NCBI GenBank assembly: GCA_963745025.1
Contig: CAVUWD010000011.1
Location: 224,001-288,000 of the forward strand
DNA: 64,000 nt
Reading direction: 5' to 3'
Source of the DNA: an uncultured delta proteobacterium
Lineage (GTDB): Bacteria; Desulfobacterota; Binatia; JACPRU01
In this document: positions 1 through 10,303 of the stretch, piece by piece
Numbering within the stretch: the first letter of the stretch is position 1
How the letters are laid out: each line of letters opens with the position of its first letter
The notes under the pieces: model-generated
What the model was told of the DNA's origin: nothing
Database searches by the model: none
What the model saw: the letters and a program-made list of their open reading frames with translations, nothing else
Position numbers and translations under genes: made by a program

Positions 1-548
1 TGCTGCTCGTTCCACTCGGGGCGCGCGGCGGCGATGCGTTGATCAATCCACTGGGCGCGTTGGTTCTCGTCCTCGGCGCGCTGTCCTGGGCAACGGGCTC
101 GCTCTACGCCCTCCATGCCGAGCTTCCGGAATCACTGCTGCTGTCGAGCGGGATGGAGATGATCGCCGGCGGCATCCTCCTGCTGCTCGCTGGAGCGCTC
201 GCCGGGGAAGTCGGTGAGCTTCGTCCGTCCGTCGTGTCCGCTCGTTCCTTCCTCGCGTTCGCCTATCTCGTCGTCTTCGGCTCGATCGTGGCGTTCAGCG
301 CCTTCACCTATCTGCTCGAGGTCTCCACGCCGTCCCGCGTCTCGACGTACGCGTACGTCAATCCCGTCATCGCGGTCGTCCTCGGATGGCTGCTCGCCGG
401 CGAGGCGCTCACCACCCGGACTCTTCTCGGTGCCACGGTGATCGTCAGCGCCGTGGCGATGGTGACGGCAGGAAAAGCGCCTGCGCGCCTCGGCGAAGAG
501 TCGGCCGCACCCGTCGCCGAGCTTGCCGAAGAGCCACCCCCGACGTAG
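1..548 (+). CDS. EamA/DMT family transporter (5' end outside window)
   Basis: Hydrophobic helices and the YLVVFGSIVAF...STYAYVNPVIAVVLG motif typical of YedA-like EamA proteins. Confidence 0.9.
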   Translation, partial: LLVPLGARGGDALINPLGALVLVLGALSWATGSLYALHAELPESLLLSSGMEMIAGGILLLLAGALAGEVGELRPSVVSARSFLAFAYLVVFGSIVAFSAFTYLLEVSTPSRVSTYAYVNPVIAVVLGWLLAGEALTTRTLLGATVIVSAVAMVTAGKAPARLGEESAAPVAELAEEPPPT

Positions 549-575
549 CGCAGCATAGAGGGACCGGGTCCCTTC

Positions 576-1205
576 TTACCCGCCGACACTGTTCGGCCAC
601 TGACCTCCAGCTGCCGGAGCGCCGAGGTGCGCCGTGTCGTTCCAGGTTACGAGCTGCACGACGCCGCCGTCGGCACGGAAGATCGTGAGCGACGCATTCT
701 CGATCGCGAAGCCAGCGACCGCCGTGAGCGGGAGCCGGAGGAGCCTCGCGGCCACGCCACGGATCACGCCGCCGTGGGTGACAATGAGCACCGTTCCCGA
801 ATCACCGAGGACTGCAGAGCGAAGGTAGCCCGCCGCGCGATCGGCTACGTCGGCGAACGATTCGCCATCGGGGAACCGCGCTTCGCCACTGGGATCGAAA
901 ACGTCGGGCCAGCGCCCGGCGGCTTCGGCGTACGAAACACCCCTCGCGCGGCCGACGTCGACTTCGCGAAGCAACGGCTCGGTCTCGAAGGGCAACTCGA
1001 GTCGCCGCGAGAGTATCTCTGCCGACTCGCGAGCGCGCAGGAGGTCGGAGGCGACGATACGGGCCGGAGGACCTGCGCTCAGGCGCGCCGCCAGACGCCC
1101 GATCTGATCACGCCCGATCGCGGAGAGCGGCACGGGGTCGTGCCCCATGAAGATCCGATCGGTGTTGTACTGCGTGACTCCGTGACGAACGAGGAGAAGA
1201 AGCAC
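576..1205 (-). CDS. Histidine phosphatase family protein
   Basis: LVRHG, SDLLRARESA, GESF and VTHGGVIR motifs. Confidence 0.92.
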   Translation of the reverse strand: MLLLLVRHGVTQYNTDRIFMGHDPVPLSAIGRDQIGRLAARLSAGPPARIVASDLLRARESAEILSRRLELPFETEPLLREVDVGRARGVSYAEAAGRWPDVFDPSGEARFPDGESFADVADRAAGYLRSAVLGDSGTVLIVTHGGVIRGVAARLLRLPLTAVAGFAIENASLTIFRADGGVVQLVTWNDTAHLGAPAAGGQWPNSVGG

Positions 1206-2384
1206 TTACGCCGTGGCAGACGCCGGTGCGGGCGAGACGTAGAGTTCTTCGATCGCCGCACGCCAGCGACCGCGGGCAACGCGGAACTCGCGCCGCGCGG
1301 CGCTGAGCTCGGCGTGAAGCCGCTCGATTTGCCGCCGACCCTCCAATCCGAGGTTCTGTCGCGCCCGCACGAGCTGGCGCTCGAGTTCGCCGAGCCGAGC
1401 CGCCGAGTTCTCGACCGCTGCCTTGATGTCGGTGACTCTCTCACCCACGTACGCGAGCGCATCGGCAGAATGGACCTTCCAGCGTTCGACGAGCCGCTCG
1501 GTATCGCACTCGAGCTCCGCGGCGACGATCTTCTCTCGGGGAACGCGGCAGAGCCCCCAGGCCCAGCCGAGCGCCGCCATGCTGCGGATCAGCCACTTGG
1601 TCGGATCCCATTGATAGCCACGTACGCCGTTGCGGTAATCGGTGGCGAAGCGGTGGTGGAAATTGTGGTAGCCCTCGCCGAACGTGAGTAAAGCCGTGAC
1701 CACGCTGTCACGGGCCGAGATCGCGATCGAGTACGGGCGCTTACCGAGCGTGTGCGCGAGCGAGTTCACGAAGAACGTCGAGTGGTGGACCAACACGGTG
1801 CGGACGATTCCGGCCCAGAGCAGCGCCTCCCACGGATGACCCAGCGAGTAGCCGATCGCGAGCGGCACGCCGAAGCCCATGGTCACGGCGATCGGAACGT
1901 AGAAGCGGTGCTGCCAGCGGATCAACGGATCGGCGACCAGATCCGGCACGTTGGAGAAGTTTGCGGGGTTCGGCGGCTTCACCATCAGCCAGCCGATGTG
2001 CGCCCAGAGAAAGCCCCGCTTGATGTTGTAGGGATCGAGGTCTTGGTCGATGTTCAGATGATGGCGACGGTGGTCGGAGGCCCAGTTCAGCACGGAGTGC
2101 TGGAAGGCAGCCGCGCCGAACAGCAGATAAAAGGCTTTGATGAACCGGCGGCATTCATAGGCGCCGTGAGCGAAATGGCGATGGTAGCCCGCCGTGATGC
2201 TGAAGCCGGTGGCGGCCATGGAGAGGAGCAACAGCGAAACCTCGAACGCGTGAACACCGAAGTGCGTGATGTGCAAACCACCCCAGATCACCGCGATGAG
2301 CGGGGTCAAGACCAAGAAAGAGGCGGTGACCCAGTTGATCTTCTTCAGCACGTGCATTTGTCCATGACCTCGATAGGATATCAA
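1206..2384 (-). CDS. Delta-9 acyl-CoA/acyl-lipid desaturase
   Basis: Three His boxes HRHFAH, HRRHH, HNFHH; GEGYHNFHH and DPTKW motifs; start may be 2357. Confidence 0.93.
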   Translation of the reverse strand: MISYRGHGQMHVLKKINWVTASFLVLTPLIAVIWGGLHITHFGVHAFEVSLLLLSMAATGFSITAGYHRHFAHGAYECRRFIKAFYLLFGAAAFQHSVLNWASDHRRHHLNIDQDLDPYNIKRGFLWAHIGWLMVKPPNPANFSNVPDLVADPLIRWQHRFYVPIAVTMGFGVPLAIGYSLGHPWEALLWAGIVRTVLVHHSTFFVNSLAHTLGKRPYSIAISARDSVVTALLTFGEGYHNFHHRFATDYRNGVRGYQWDPTKWLIRSMAALGWAWGLCRVPREKIVAAELECDTERLVERWKVHSADALAYVGERVTDIKAAVENSAARLGELERQLVRARQNLGLEGRRQIERLHAELSAARREFRVARGRWRAAIEELYVSPAPASATA

Positions 2385-2471
2385 AATACAAATACCCTCT
2401 TAGCATTTCACCGGCACGTAGGCTACTCGATTCGCGGTGGATTCGGTGGAATCCAACGACAATCTAGTCAT

Positions 2472-3311
2472 TTAGCCAAGCGCGCTCGCGTTACCGACGA
2501 CCACCTTGGTGCCGTCGGCCTTCTCGCACCATACGTCGAGATGGATGCGCCTGCGCGCGCCCTCGATCGATTCTTGCCGGACCTTGGCACACGCCGTGAT
2601 CGCGTCCTCGCACCAGACCACGTTCACGAGGCTCACGGACATCTTGCCGCCACGGTACCAGCCCTCGCCGAACTCGCGGCTGAGAAGGCCGGACAGAAAG
2701 CAGAGCGTCATCATTCCCTGGACGACGATATCGGGGAAACCCAGTCCCTGCGCCATCTCACGGTTCGTGTGATAGTTCTCGCTCGGACCCGAGAACGCCT
2801 TGCACATCTCGAGCGTAATCCGCCGCGGCGCGGCGACGATCGTCCGACCGCTCCCCTCGCCGATATCGAACCGCCGGTCGGTTCGCTTCTCGCGATCCTT
2901 GTCGACGACGAGGCCATCGGCCGCTTCGGCGAGAAAGCTCTGGTGCGTTCGCCCGCGCACCAACACGGCGCCGCTTTCGGCGAAGAGAAGCGTCTCGCAT
3001 ACGACGTAGTCGCGGTCGCGCTTGCGATAGCGCTCGGCGACGAAGGAACGGGTGCGGACCCGATCGCCGACGCGCGCGGGCGCGAGAAGCTCCCATTCCT
3101 GCTTGGCGTGCAGGTTGCCGACGAGGTTCGGCAGATACCAGTCTTGCAGAAACGTGTAGCACTCCGAGTGGAAGAGCAGCGCCGGTGCCAGCTCGCGGTT
3201 GAGCGGGTTGCGATCTTCCGTACCGGCCTCGTACGCGGCGATCCGCTCCGGCGTGATGCAGTACTCGTGCCCACCGAGATCCTTACCGACGTAGACGGTA
3301 TCCAGGCTCAT
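2472..3311 (-). CDS. MaoC-like double hot-dog dehydratase
   Basis: Two hot-dog repeats (EDRNP; ENYHTN...GFPDIVVQGM). Confidence 0.8.
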   Translation of the reverse strand: MSLDTVYVGKDLGGHEYCITPERIAAYEAGTEDRNPLNRELAPALLFHSECYTFLQDWYLPNLVGNLHAKQEWELLAPARVGDRVRTRSFVAERYRKRDRDYVVCETLLFAESGAVLVRGRTHQSFLAEAADGLVVDKDREKRTDRRFDIGEGSGRTIVAAPRRITLEMCKAFSGPSENYHTNREMAQGLGFPDIVVQGMMTLCFLSGLLSREFGEGWYRGGKMSVSLVNVVWCEDAITACAKVRQESIEGARRRIHLDVWCEKADGTKVVVGNASALG

Positions 3312-3730
3312 GCCTTCCTCTTTCCCGGCTTCACCACCTCGGTGATATGAAGCTTCCCCGGCTCGATGCGGGCCGAGATCTCCTCGCCTTCTTCAGCCCC
3401 TTTCGGTTTGAACTTGAACGCGACGACTCCCTCATCGTCGTTGCGCGAGCCATCCGGCAGGCGGTTCTCGTAGAAGGCGGTCACGAGCGTCACGGAGTCA
3501 TTGACCTTGAAGAACCACGATTTGCTCTCGAACGTCGGCGCCCCGCCGAGTTCCTCGTAGTAGTTCCCGCCGCCGGTGTCTTCGAGCACCGCCCCCGGGT
3601 AGACCGGGATCTGCGAAGCGTACACGGCTCCGGACAGCACCGGCGACGAGGGCTCGCGAGTGCAGCCGGCGAACACGGCGACCGTGAGCACGGCCGAGAG
3701 CAGCACGCGGGACGGAGCGTCGCGCTTCAG
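3308..3730 (-). CDS. Putative lipoprotein, hypothetical
   Basis: Lipobox-like VFAGC after a hydrophobic stretch; start uncertain, overlaps upstream stop. Confidence 0.6.
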   Translation of the reverse strand: MKRDAPSRVLLSAVLTVAVFAGCTREPSSPVLSGAVYASQIPVYPGAVLEDTGGGNYYEELGGAPTFESKSWFFKVNDSVTLVTAFYENRLPDGSRNDDEGVVAFKFKPKGAEEGEEISARIEPGKLHITEVVKPGKRKA

Positions 3731-4752
3731 AGCACCGCCTCCGCGACGACGCGCATGGCCTCGACCTGCTGGAGGGCGAGGATCATGGTCGTAATCCCGG
3801 ATTCCTTCCAGGCGCCGATGCGGTCGCGGATGCGCTCTTTCGAGCCGCAGAGCGAGATCTCGTCGGCGAGCTCGTCGGGCACGGCAGCGATCGCCTCGCT
3901 CTTCTTGCCGTCGAGATAGAGGTCCTGGATCTTCTTCGCCGCCGCCTCGTAGCCGTAGCGGCAAGCGAGCTCGTTGTAGAAGTTCTTGCCGCGCGCGCCC
4001 ATGCCGCCGATGTAGAGCGCGAGCATGGGTTTGATGAAGTTGAGGCACGCGGCTGCGTCGTCGCCGAGAACGACGGTGACCGAGGGGGCGACGTCGAAGG
4101 TCTTCACGCTCTTGCCGCCCCCTGCCTTGCGAAAGCCGGCTTCGAGCGCCGGCCGATAGACCCCGAGGCGCTGCGGAGAGCAGAAGATCGGCAGCCAGCC
4201 GTCAGCGATCTCCGCCGCCTGCTCGACGCTCTTCGGCCCGATCGAGGCGATGTAGATCGGGATCCGCCGGCCGTGGATGATGCTCTTCAACGGCTTGCCG
4301 AGGCCGCTCGCGCCCGGACCTCTGTAGGGAATCTGGTAGTGCTCTCCCTGATGCTCGAGCGGCTTCTCGCGCGCCCAGATCGCGCGCACGATCTCGACGT
4401 ACTCGCGCGTGCGCACGAGCGGCTTCCCGTAGGCAACGCCGTGCCAACCCTCTACGACTTGCGGACCGGAGGGTCCAAGGCCGAGGAGAAACCGTCCGCC
4501 CGAGAGCTGGTCGAGCGTCATCGCGGTCATCGCCGTCATCGCGGGCGTGCGCGCCGGCATCTGCATGATGCCGGTGCCGACCCGGAGCTGTTTGGTCTGC
4601 GCCGCGATCCACGCGGCCGGGGTAACGGCGTCCGAGCCATAGGCTTCCGCCGTCCATGCGGAATGAAAGCCGAGGCGGTCCGCCTCGTGGACCAGCTCCA
4701 TCGGCAGTGCGATCCGTGAGCCCGAGTAGCCGACGTTGAGTCCGAGACGCAT
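3727..4752 (-). CDS. LLM class F420-dependent oxidoreductase
   Basis: [30 protein letters not shown] motifs; RBS GAGGA before ATG 4752. Confidence 0.92.
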   Translation of the reverse strand: MRLGLNVGYSGSRIALPMELVHEADRLGFHSAWTAEAYGSDAVTPAAWIAAQTKQLRVGTGIMQMPARTPAMTAMTAMTLDQLSGGRFLLGLGPSGPQVVEGWHGVAYGKPLVRTREYVEIVRAIWAREKPLEHQGEHYQIPYRGPGASGLGKPLKSIIHGRRIPIYIASIGPKSVEQAAEIADGWLPIFCSPQRLGVYRPALEAGFRKAGGGKSVKTFDVAPSVTVVLGDDAAACLNFIKPMLALYIGGMGARGKNFYNELACRYGYEAAAKKIQDLYLDGKKSEAIAAVPDELADEISLCGSKERIRDRIGAWKESGITTMILALQQVEAMRVVAEAVL

Positions 4753-4936
4753 GGATCCTCCTCGCGGAAGGGTCGAAGCGTTTTTCATATCGCGTGCGCC
4801 GGCGTGTGGGAAGGCCCGCACGCACGAGCGCAGACGACCCCCGCCGCCGCGGTCCGAGTCTGTCGGAGCATCGGTCGGGGCTCCTTGAGCAGGGGGTTGG
4901 GGTACGTTAGACATATGCGCAGGAGGTGATGCTTCG

Positions 4937-6130
4937 ATGAACGACCTGGAACGTTTCCGCGCCGAGACTCGCGAGTGGTTACTGGCCAACGCTCCAAAGT
5001 CGATGTTCACCCCCGCGCGATCGGAGGAAGACGTCTGCTGGGGCGGCAAGAAAGTTCACTACCCGCCCGACATGATTCAGTGGCTGAAGGTCATGGCCGA
5101 GCGCGGCTGGACGGCGCCGACCTGGCCGAGGGAGTACGGCGGCGGCGGGCTCTCGGCGGCCGAGGCGAAGGTTCTTCAGGACGAGATGCGCGCGCTGAAG
5201 CTTCGGCCTGCGCTCGCGGGCTTCGGGTTGACGATGATCGGTCCGCTCCTCCTGCACGAAGGCAACGAGGAGCAGAAGCGGGAGCATCTCCCCCGCATCG
5301 TCCGCGGCGAGGTGCGCTGGTGCCAGGGCTACTCGGAGCCGGGCGCGGGCTCGGACCTCGCAAGCCTGCAGGCACGCGCGGTGGCCGACGGCGACGATTT
5401 CGTCATCAACGGCCAGAAGATCTGGACCTCGTATGCGGACAGGGCCGACTGGATGTTCCTGCTCGTCCGCACCGACCCGAGCGCGCCGAAGCACGCCGGC
5501 ATCAGCTTCATCCTGATGGACATGGAATCGGCCGGCGTGAGCGTCAAGCCGATTCTGCTGATCAGCGGCTATTCGCCCTTCTGCGAGACGTTCTTGAACG
5601 ACGTGCGGGTGCCACGCCGAAACGTGGTGGGCAAGGTGAACGAGGGCTGGCCGATCGCCAAGAAGCTTCTCGGCTTCGAGCGCACCATGATCGCCGACGT
5701 CTACCTCGAGCGCGACGACGCCACCGGCACCGACCGCCTGATCGACCTCGCGCGTCGCTACGTCGGTCCCGCCGAGGGGGCCATCGGCGACCCGCTGCTG
5801 CGCGACCGCATCACTCACGTGAAGCTCGATCAGGCGTGCCTCGACCTGACGCTCCAGCGCTCCAAGGACTCGGCGAAAGCCGGGCATGCGCCGGGCGCAG
5901 AATCCTCGATTTTCAAGTACTACGGCACCGAGGTGAACAAGCGCCGCAACGAGCTCTTCCTGTCGATTCTCGGGCCGCAAGCGCTCGGCTGGGACGGCGA
6001 AGGCTTCGACGCCCGAGAGCTCAGGGCCACGCGCGAATGGCTGCGCTCGCGCGGCAACTCGATCGAAGGCGGCACCTCGGAGGTGCAGCTGAACATCATC
6101 GCCAAGCGCGTGCTTGGCCTGCCCGACTGA
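4937..6130 (+). CDS. Acyl-CoA dehydrogenase
   Basis: [40 protein letters not shown]; RBS AGGAGG. Confidence 0.95.
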   Translation: MNDLERFRAETREWLLANAPKSMFTPARSEEDVCWGGKKVHYPPDMIQWLKVMAERGWTAPTWPREYGGGGLSAAEAKVLQDEMRALKLRPALAGFGLTMIGPLLLHEGNEEQKREHLPRIVRGEVRWCQGYSEPGAGSDLASLQARAVADGDDFVINGQKIWTSYADRADWMFLLVRTDPSAPKHAGISFILMDMESAGVSVKPILLISGYSPFCETFLNDVRVPRRNVVGKVNEGWPIAKKLLGFERTMIADVYLERDDATGTDRLIDLARRYVGPAEGAIGDPLLRDRITHVKLDQACLDLTLQRSKDSAKAGHAPGAESSIFKYYGTEVNKRRNELFLSILGPQALGWDGEGFDARELRATREWLRSRGNSIEGGTSEVQLNIIAKRVLGLPD

Positions 6131-6137
6131 GCCGCCG

Positions 6138-7277
6138 ATGAAACTGCTTCTCAGCGAAGAGCACCAGATCCTGAAAGAGACCGCGGCCGAGTTCGTCCGC
6201 TCGAAAACGTCGCTCAAGCGCATCCGTGCGCTTCGCGACAGTGACGACCCCAGCGGCTTCTCGCGCGACCTCTGGCACGAGATGGCGAGCCTCGGCTGGG
6301 TCGGGATCGTGATCCCGGAAACGTACGGCGGAAGCGGGCTCGGCTACTCCCATCTGATGGTCGTGATGGAGGAGATCGGGCGCGGCCTCATGCCGGAGCC
6401 GATGATCCCGGCGGCGCTCGGATCGGCGGCGCTGCTCTTGGGCGGCAACGAGGGTCAGAAACGCGCGCTGCTCCCAGCGATCGTCAAGGGGGAGGCGCTC
6501 GTCGCGCTCGGCTACCAAGAGGCGGGCAGCCGATTCGATCCCGGCCACGTCACGGCGCGCGCCGAGAAGAGCGGCCGCGCGTGGCGCCTGCGGGGCGAGA
6601 AGCGGCTCGTGCTCGGCGGTCAAGTCGCCGATTCGCTGATCGTGTCGGCGCGCACCGCGGGAGCGGCCGGCGATCGCTCGGGGGTCACGCTCTTCCTGGT
6701 CGATCCGAAGGCGAGCGGCGTTACGGTCACCCGTCAGTCGCTCGTCGACGGCCGCCCGGCGGCAATCGTCCGCCTCGACGGCGTCGAGGTCGACGCGGCC
6801 GCGGTCGTCGGCGAGGTCGATCGCGGCGTAGCGGTCCTCGAGGCGGCAATCGATCGGGCCACCGCTGCGCTCGCGGCAGAAATGCTCGGCTCGATGCTCG
6901 CCGCCTTCGACATGACCCTCGGCTACCTGAAAACGCGCAAGCAGTTCGGCGTGCCGATCGGCACGTTTCAGGCGCTCAAGCACCGCGCGGCGATCGTCTA
7001 CACCGAGACCGAGCTCTCGCGCTCGGCCGTGATGGCCGCCTGCTTCGGGCTCGATGAAGACAGCCCGCAGGCTCCCGAGCTCGTTTCGCTCGCCAAGGCG
7101 AGACTCTCCGACGCGTTCGTGCTCACGGCCAATGAAGCGATCCAGATGCATGGCGGCATCGGCATGACGGACGAGCACGACATCGGCTTCTTCTTGAAGC
7201 GCGCCCGCGCGGCCGAGATGACGTTCGGCGACGCCGCCTGGCACCGGCGCCGGTACGCGGAGATGCGCGGCTACTGA
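6138..7277 (+). CDS. Acyl-CoA dehydrogenase, partner subunit
   Basis: RKQFGVPIGTFQALKHR and QMHGGIGMTDE; tandem pair typical of heterotetrameric ACADs. Confidence 0.93.
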   Translation: MKLLLSEEHQILKETAAEFVRSKTSLKRIRALRDSDDPSGFSRDLWHEMASLGWVGIVIPETYGGSGLGYSHLMVVMEEIGRGLMPEPMIPAALGSAALLLGGNEGQKRALLPAIVKGEALVALGYQEAGSRFDPGHVTARAEKSGRAWRLRGEKRLVLGGQVADSLIVSARTAGAAGDRSGVTLFLVDPKASGVTVTRQSLVDGRPAAIVRLDGVEVDAAAVVGEVDRGVAVLEAAIDRATAALAAEMLGSMLAAFDMTLGYLKTRKQFGVPIGTFQALKHRAAIVYTETELSRSAVMAACFGLDEDSPQAPELVSLAKARLSDAFVLTANEAIQMHGGIGMTDEHDIGFFLKRARAAEMTFGDAAWHRRRYAEMRGY

Positions 7278-7603
7278 AAACGGTCGCGGGGCGCCCAGCG
7301 GGCCTGCCGCAAATCGACGGCTCCTCGCCGAGTGAACCGCACGCCCTCACGCACGAGTTGCTCGCGCTGGAGATCCATCCACTCGCGATCACGCCGGCTG
7401 ATGCGCCCCGTGGAATTGACGACGCGATGCCAGGGAACAACGCGCGCGAGCGGACCTTCGAGCCGCCGGAGCGCCGTGCCGACGGCGCGCACGGCGCGAG
7501 GCCGGCCGAGCATTTCCGCGATCTGGCCGTAGGAGGCGACTTTGCCGCGCGGGATCCGCCGCACGAGGCGATGAACCTCTCTGAAAAATGGTCGGCTTGC
7601 CAT
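7271..7603 (-). CDS. Alkyltransferase-like (ATL/MGMT family) protein
   Basis: IPRGKVASYGQIA and PWHRVV, with W replacing the catalytic C as in ATL proteins. Confidence 0.9.
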   Translation of the reverse strand: MASRPFFREVHRLVRRIPRGKVASYGQIAEMLGRPRAVRAVGTALRRLEGPLARVVPWHRVVNSTGRISRRDREWMDLQREQLVREGVRFTRRGAVDLRQARWAPRDRFQ

Positions 7604-7675
7604 TGCGGATCAGCGGCGCTCAAGGCACCGATCGGCGATCGCCAAGACTCCGACCAAGACCTCGGGCATCTCCAA

Positions 7676-8842
7676 TCACACCTCGAGCTTCCTGAGGATC
7701 AGGCACTTCAGATAGTGCGTTTCTGGAACCCCGATCAATACGGGGTGATCGCGCGACTGCATGCGCTTTTCCATGAGCGAAACCACCGCGCGGGCGTCGA
7801 GGGCCGCCGACTGCACGACCTCGAGGAGTAGCTCCTCGCTCACGGGGTAGGAGCAGCTGCACGTCACGAGCGTGCCGCCGGGATTCAGCATCTTCAGCGC
7901 TCGCAGGTTGATCTCCTTGTAGCCGCCGAGCGCTCTCGGCAGCGCTGCTCGGTTTCTCGCAAAGCCCGGGGGATCGAGAACGATCGTGTCGAAGTGCTCC
8001 CCGGCTCGTTCTGCCTCGCGTAGAAAATCGAACGCGTTGACAACCGTCGCCCGGACGTTGCGCAGGCCGTTCCGCTCGGCGTTGCGAGCGATGCGAGCGA
8101 CCGCCTCCTCGGAGATGTCGAGGGCGATTGCTTCCGTACACCGCGCCGCGAGCTCGAGCGCAAAGCCGCCATCGTAGCTGAAGCAATCGAGCAGCCGCCC
8201 GCGCGCGTAGCCGGCGGCCGCGGAGCGGTTCTCGCGCTGATCGAGAAAGCGACCGGTCTTTTGCCCTCGGCGAAGGTCGACCTCGTACTCGCGCTCGCGA
8301 TCGCGCACCACGACGGTTTGCGGCACTTCTCCGCGCAGCACCTTGATCTCCTGATCGAGGCCCTCGAGCGCACGCGCGCGGACGTCGTGGCGAGCCAGAA
8401 CGCCCGTCGGGGAGAGGCGCTCCTCGAGGATCGCGACGACGTCTGCGACGAGCCGCTCCATCCCCTGTGACAGCGCCTGCACGACGAGGACGTCTGCATA
8501 GCGATCGACGATCAGCGAAGGGAGCCGATCGCCCTCCGCGTGCACGAGGCGATACGCGTTCGCATCGATCGCCAGCCGCTCTCGAAACGCGACAGCCGCG
8601 TGTAATCGCTCCGCGAGGAGCGCGCGATCGAAGGCTCGCTCGCCGCGGGTCAACAGACGGAGCGCGATCTCGGAGCGGTCGCTGTACAGCGCGTCGCCGA
8701 GCTTGCGACCGCGAGGACCGAACACCTCCACCACCTCGCCACCGGTGGCCTGCACGTCGGAGACGTCGCTCCGGTAGATCCAGGGGTGCCCGCGCGCGGC
8801 GCGCTCGGCGCCGCGCGCATGAACCACTACGCGCGGGGCCAT
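7676..8842 (-). CDS. rlmI: RlmI-like 23S rRNA m5C methyltransferase
   Basis: GHPWIYRSD PUA-like start, GQKTG.FLDQRENR, LDPP and TCSCS motifs. Confidence 0.85.
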   Translation of the reverse strand: MAPRVVVHARGAERAARGHPWIYRSDVSDVQATGGEVVEVFGPRGRKLGDALYSDRSEIALRLLTRGERAFDRALLAERLHAAVAFRERLAIDANAYRLVHAEGDRLPSLIVDRYADVLVVQALSQGMERLVADVVAILEERLSPTGVLARHDVRARALEGLDQEIKVLRGEVPQTVVVRDREREYEVDLRRGQKTGRFLDQRENRSAAAGYARGRLLDCFSYDGGFALELAARCTEAIALDISEEAVARIARNAERNGLRNVRATVVNAFDFLREAERAGEHFDTIVLDPPGFARNRAALPRALGGYKEINLRALKMLNPGGTLVTCSCSYPVSEELLLEVVQSAALDARAVVSLMEKRMQSRDHPVLIGVPETHYLKCLILRKLEV

Positions 8843-8948
8843 GACGAAGCGTCCTTTTCGTGGAGACGGCCCCGAGCCGCTGAACCCTTCGCTGCGCTCC
8901 CGTCCCTGTGACCGTCATCGACGATCGGCGCAATCGACATGCGCCTCG

Positions 8949-9377
8949 TCACCGGCGACCTCGGTCGCCTTCCAGCGCCAGCGCCCGATCGATGAACGCC
9001 TGCTGGTCCGGGTGGAGCTTGGCCCGCGCCTGATCGGCCGGAAGAAACTCGGCGCGGTCGATCTCCCAATCGGCCGGGGTGAGCGTCGAAGACGGAGGCG
9101 GTGCGAGCGGCTCGGCGAGATAGCCGACGACCGTCTTGCGGCTCTTCGTGTAATCGATCTCGCCGAGCGGCGCGACGATCCGGCACTCGAGTCCGGTCTC
9201 CTCGCGCGTCTCGCGAAGCGCCGCTTGCTCGGGAAGCTCCCCGGGTTCGACGAGCCCCTTCGGGATCGAGTAGGGCTTGCCGCGATTGTATCGGCCGCTT
9301 GGATGGACGAGGAGGTAGCGTAGTTCTCCGTCGAACTCGGCGCGCACCAGACAACCAGCCGAGATCTTGCGGGGCAT
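8949..9377 (-). CDS. NUDIX hydrolase
   Basis: Nudix box GLVEPGELPEQAALRETREETG. Confidence 0.92.
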   Translation of the reverse strand: MPRKISAGCLVRAEFDGELRYLLVHPSGRYNRGKPYSIPKGLVEPGELPEQAALRETREETGLECRIVAPLGEIDYTKSRKTVVGYLAEPLAPPPSSTLTPADWEIDRAEFLPADQARAKLHPDQQAFIDRALALEGDRGRR

Positions 9378-9425
9378 TCTAGGTAGGATGCTACTGAGCG
9401 ACCAACGGGAGCGAAAGAGAAACCT

Positions 9426-10244
9426 CTACGCCGTGCCGTACCGCTCCGCCGCCCGATCGAGCCGCGCCGCGCGATGCTTCAGGATGTCGCGACTCTCCTG
9501 GTGTGTGAGGATGTAGAGCGACTTCGCGCGGATCGCGGCGACGACTCGCTCGGCGACCTCTGCGGGCTCGATCACGCGCGATACGGTCATCGCGACGTCG
9601 CTGACCGATGCCTTGCTCGCTGCCGGGTCCTGTAGCTCCTTCGGCCGGTTGCGTTCGCTCGAGTTGATCTGCGTGTTGACGATCATCGGGCAGAGCACCG
9701 AGGCGCCGATACTGGTGCCCGCGAGCTCGCGATGGAGCGATTCGGTGAGCCCGACGACGGCGAACTTGCTCGCACAGTAGACGCCCAGGCCGGGCATGCC
9801 GACGAGGCCGGCCATCGAGGCCGTGTTGACGATGTGCCCTCCCTGCTTCTGCTCGATCAGCCGCGGAAGGAAGACCTCGATGCCGTGCACGACGCCCCAG
9901 AAGTTCACGTTCATCACCCACTGCCAATCCCTGTGCGTGGCCTCCGCGAGCGGCCCGAAGACGCCGACCCCGGCGTTGTTGCAGACGACGTGTACGGCGC
10001 CGAAGCGCTCGACGGTGCGCTGGCGGAGATTCTCGACGGCCGCGAGGCTCGTCACGTCGGTCTCGACCCCGAGACACTCTTCACCGCCATCCCGGATCTC
10101 GCTCCCGACGCGGTCCATGCCGCCGCGATCGAGATCGGCGAGCACGACCTTCGCGCCCTCCCGGGCAAACGCGAGCGCCATCGCTCGACCGATGCCGCTA
10201 CCACCGCCTGTCACCACTGCTACGCGTCCCTTGAAGTCGTCCAT
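9426..10244 (-). CDS. SDR family oxidoreductase
   Basis: TGGGSGIG, NNAG and YCASK motifs. Confidence 0.95.
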   Translation of the reverse strand: MDDFKGRVAVVTGGGSGIGRAMALAFAREGAKVVLADLDRGGMDRVGSEIRDGGEECLGVETDVTSLAAVENLRQRTVERFGAVHVVCNNAGVGVFGPLAEATHRDWQWVMNVNFWGVVHGIEVFLPRLIEQKQGGHIVNTASMAGLVGMPGLGVYCASKFAVVGLTESLHRELAGTSIGASVLCPMIVNTQINSSERNRPKELQDPAASKASVSDVAMTVSRVIEPAEVAERVVAAIRAKSLYILTHQESRDILKHRAARLDRAAERYGTA

Positions 10245-10303
10245 AGGGCACCTCCGTCTTTCCGACACTTGCAAACGCGGCGCAGGTAGACAACAGGGAT
10301 CCT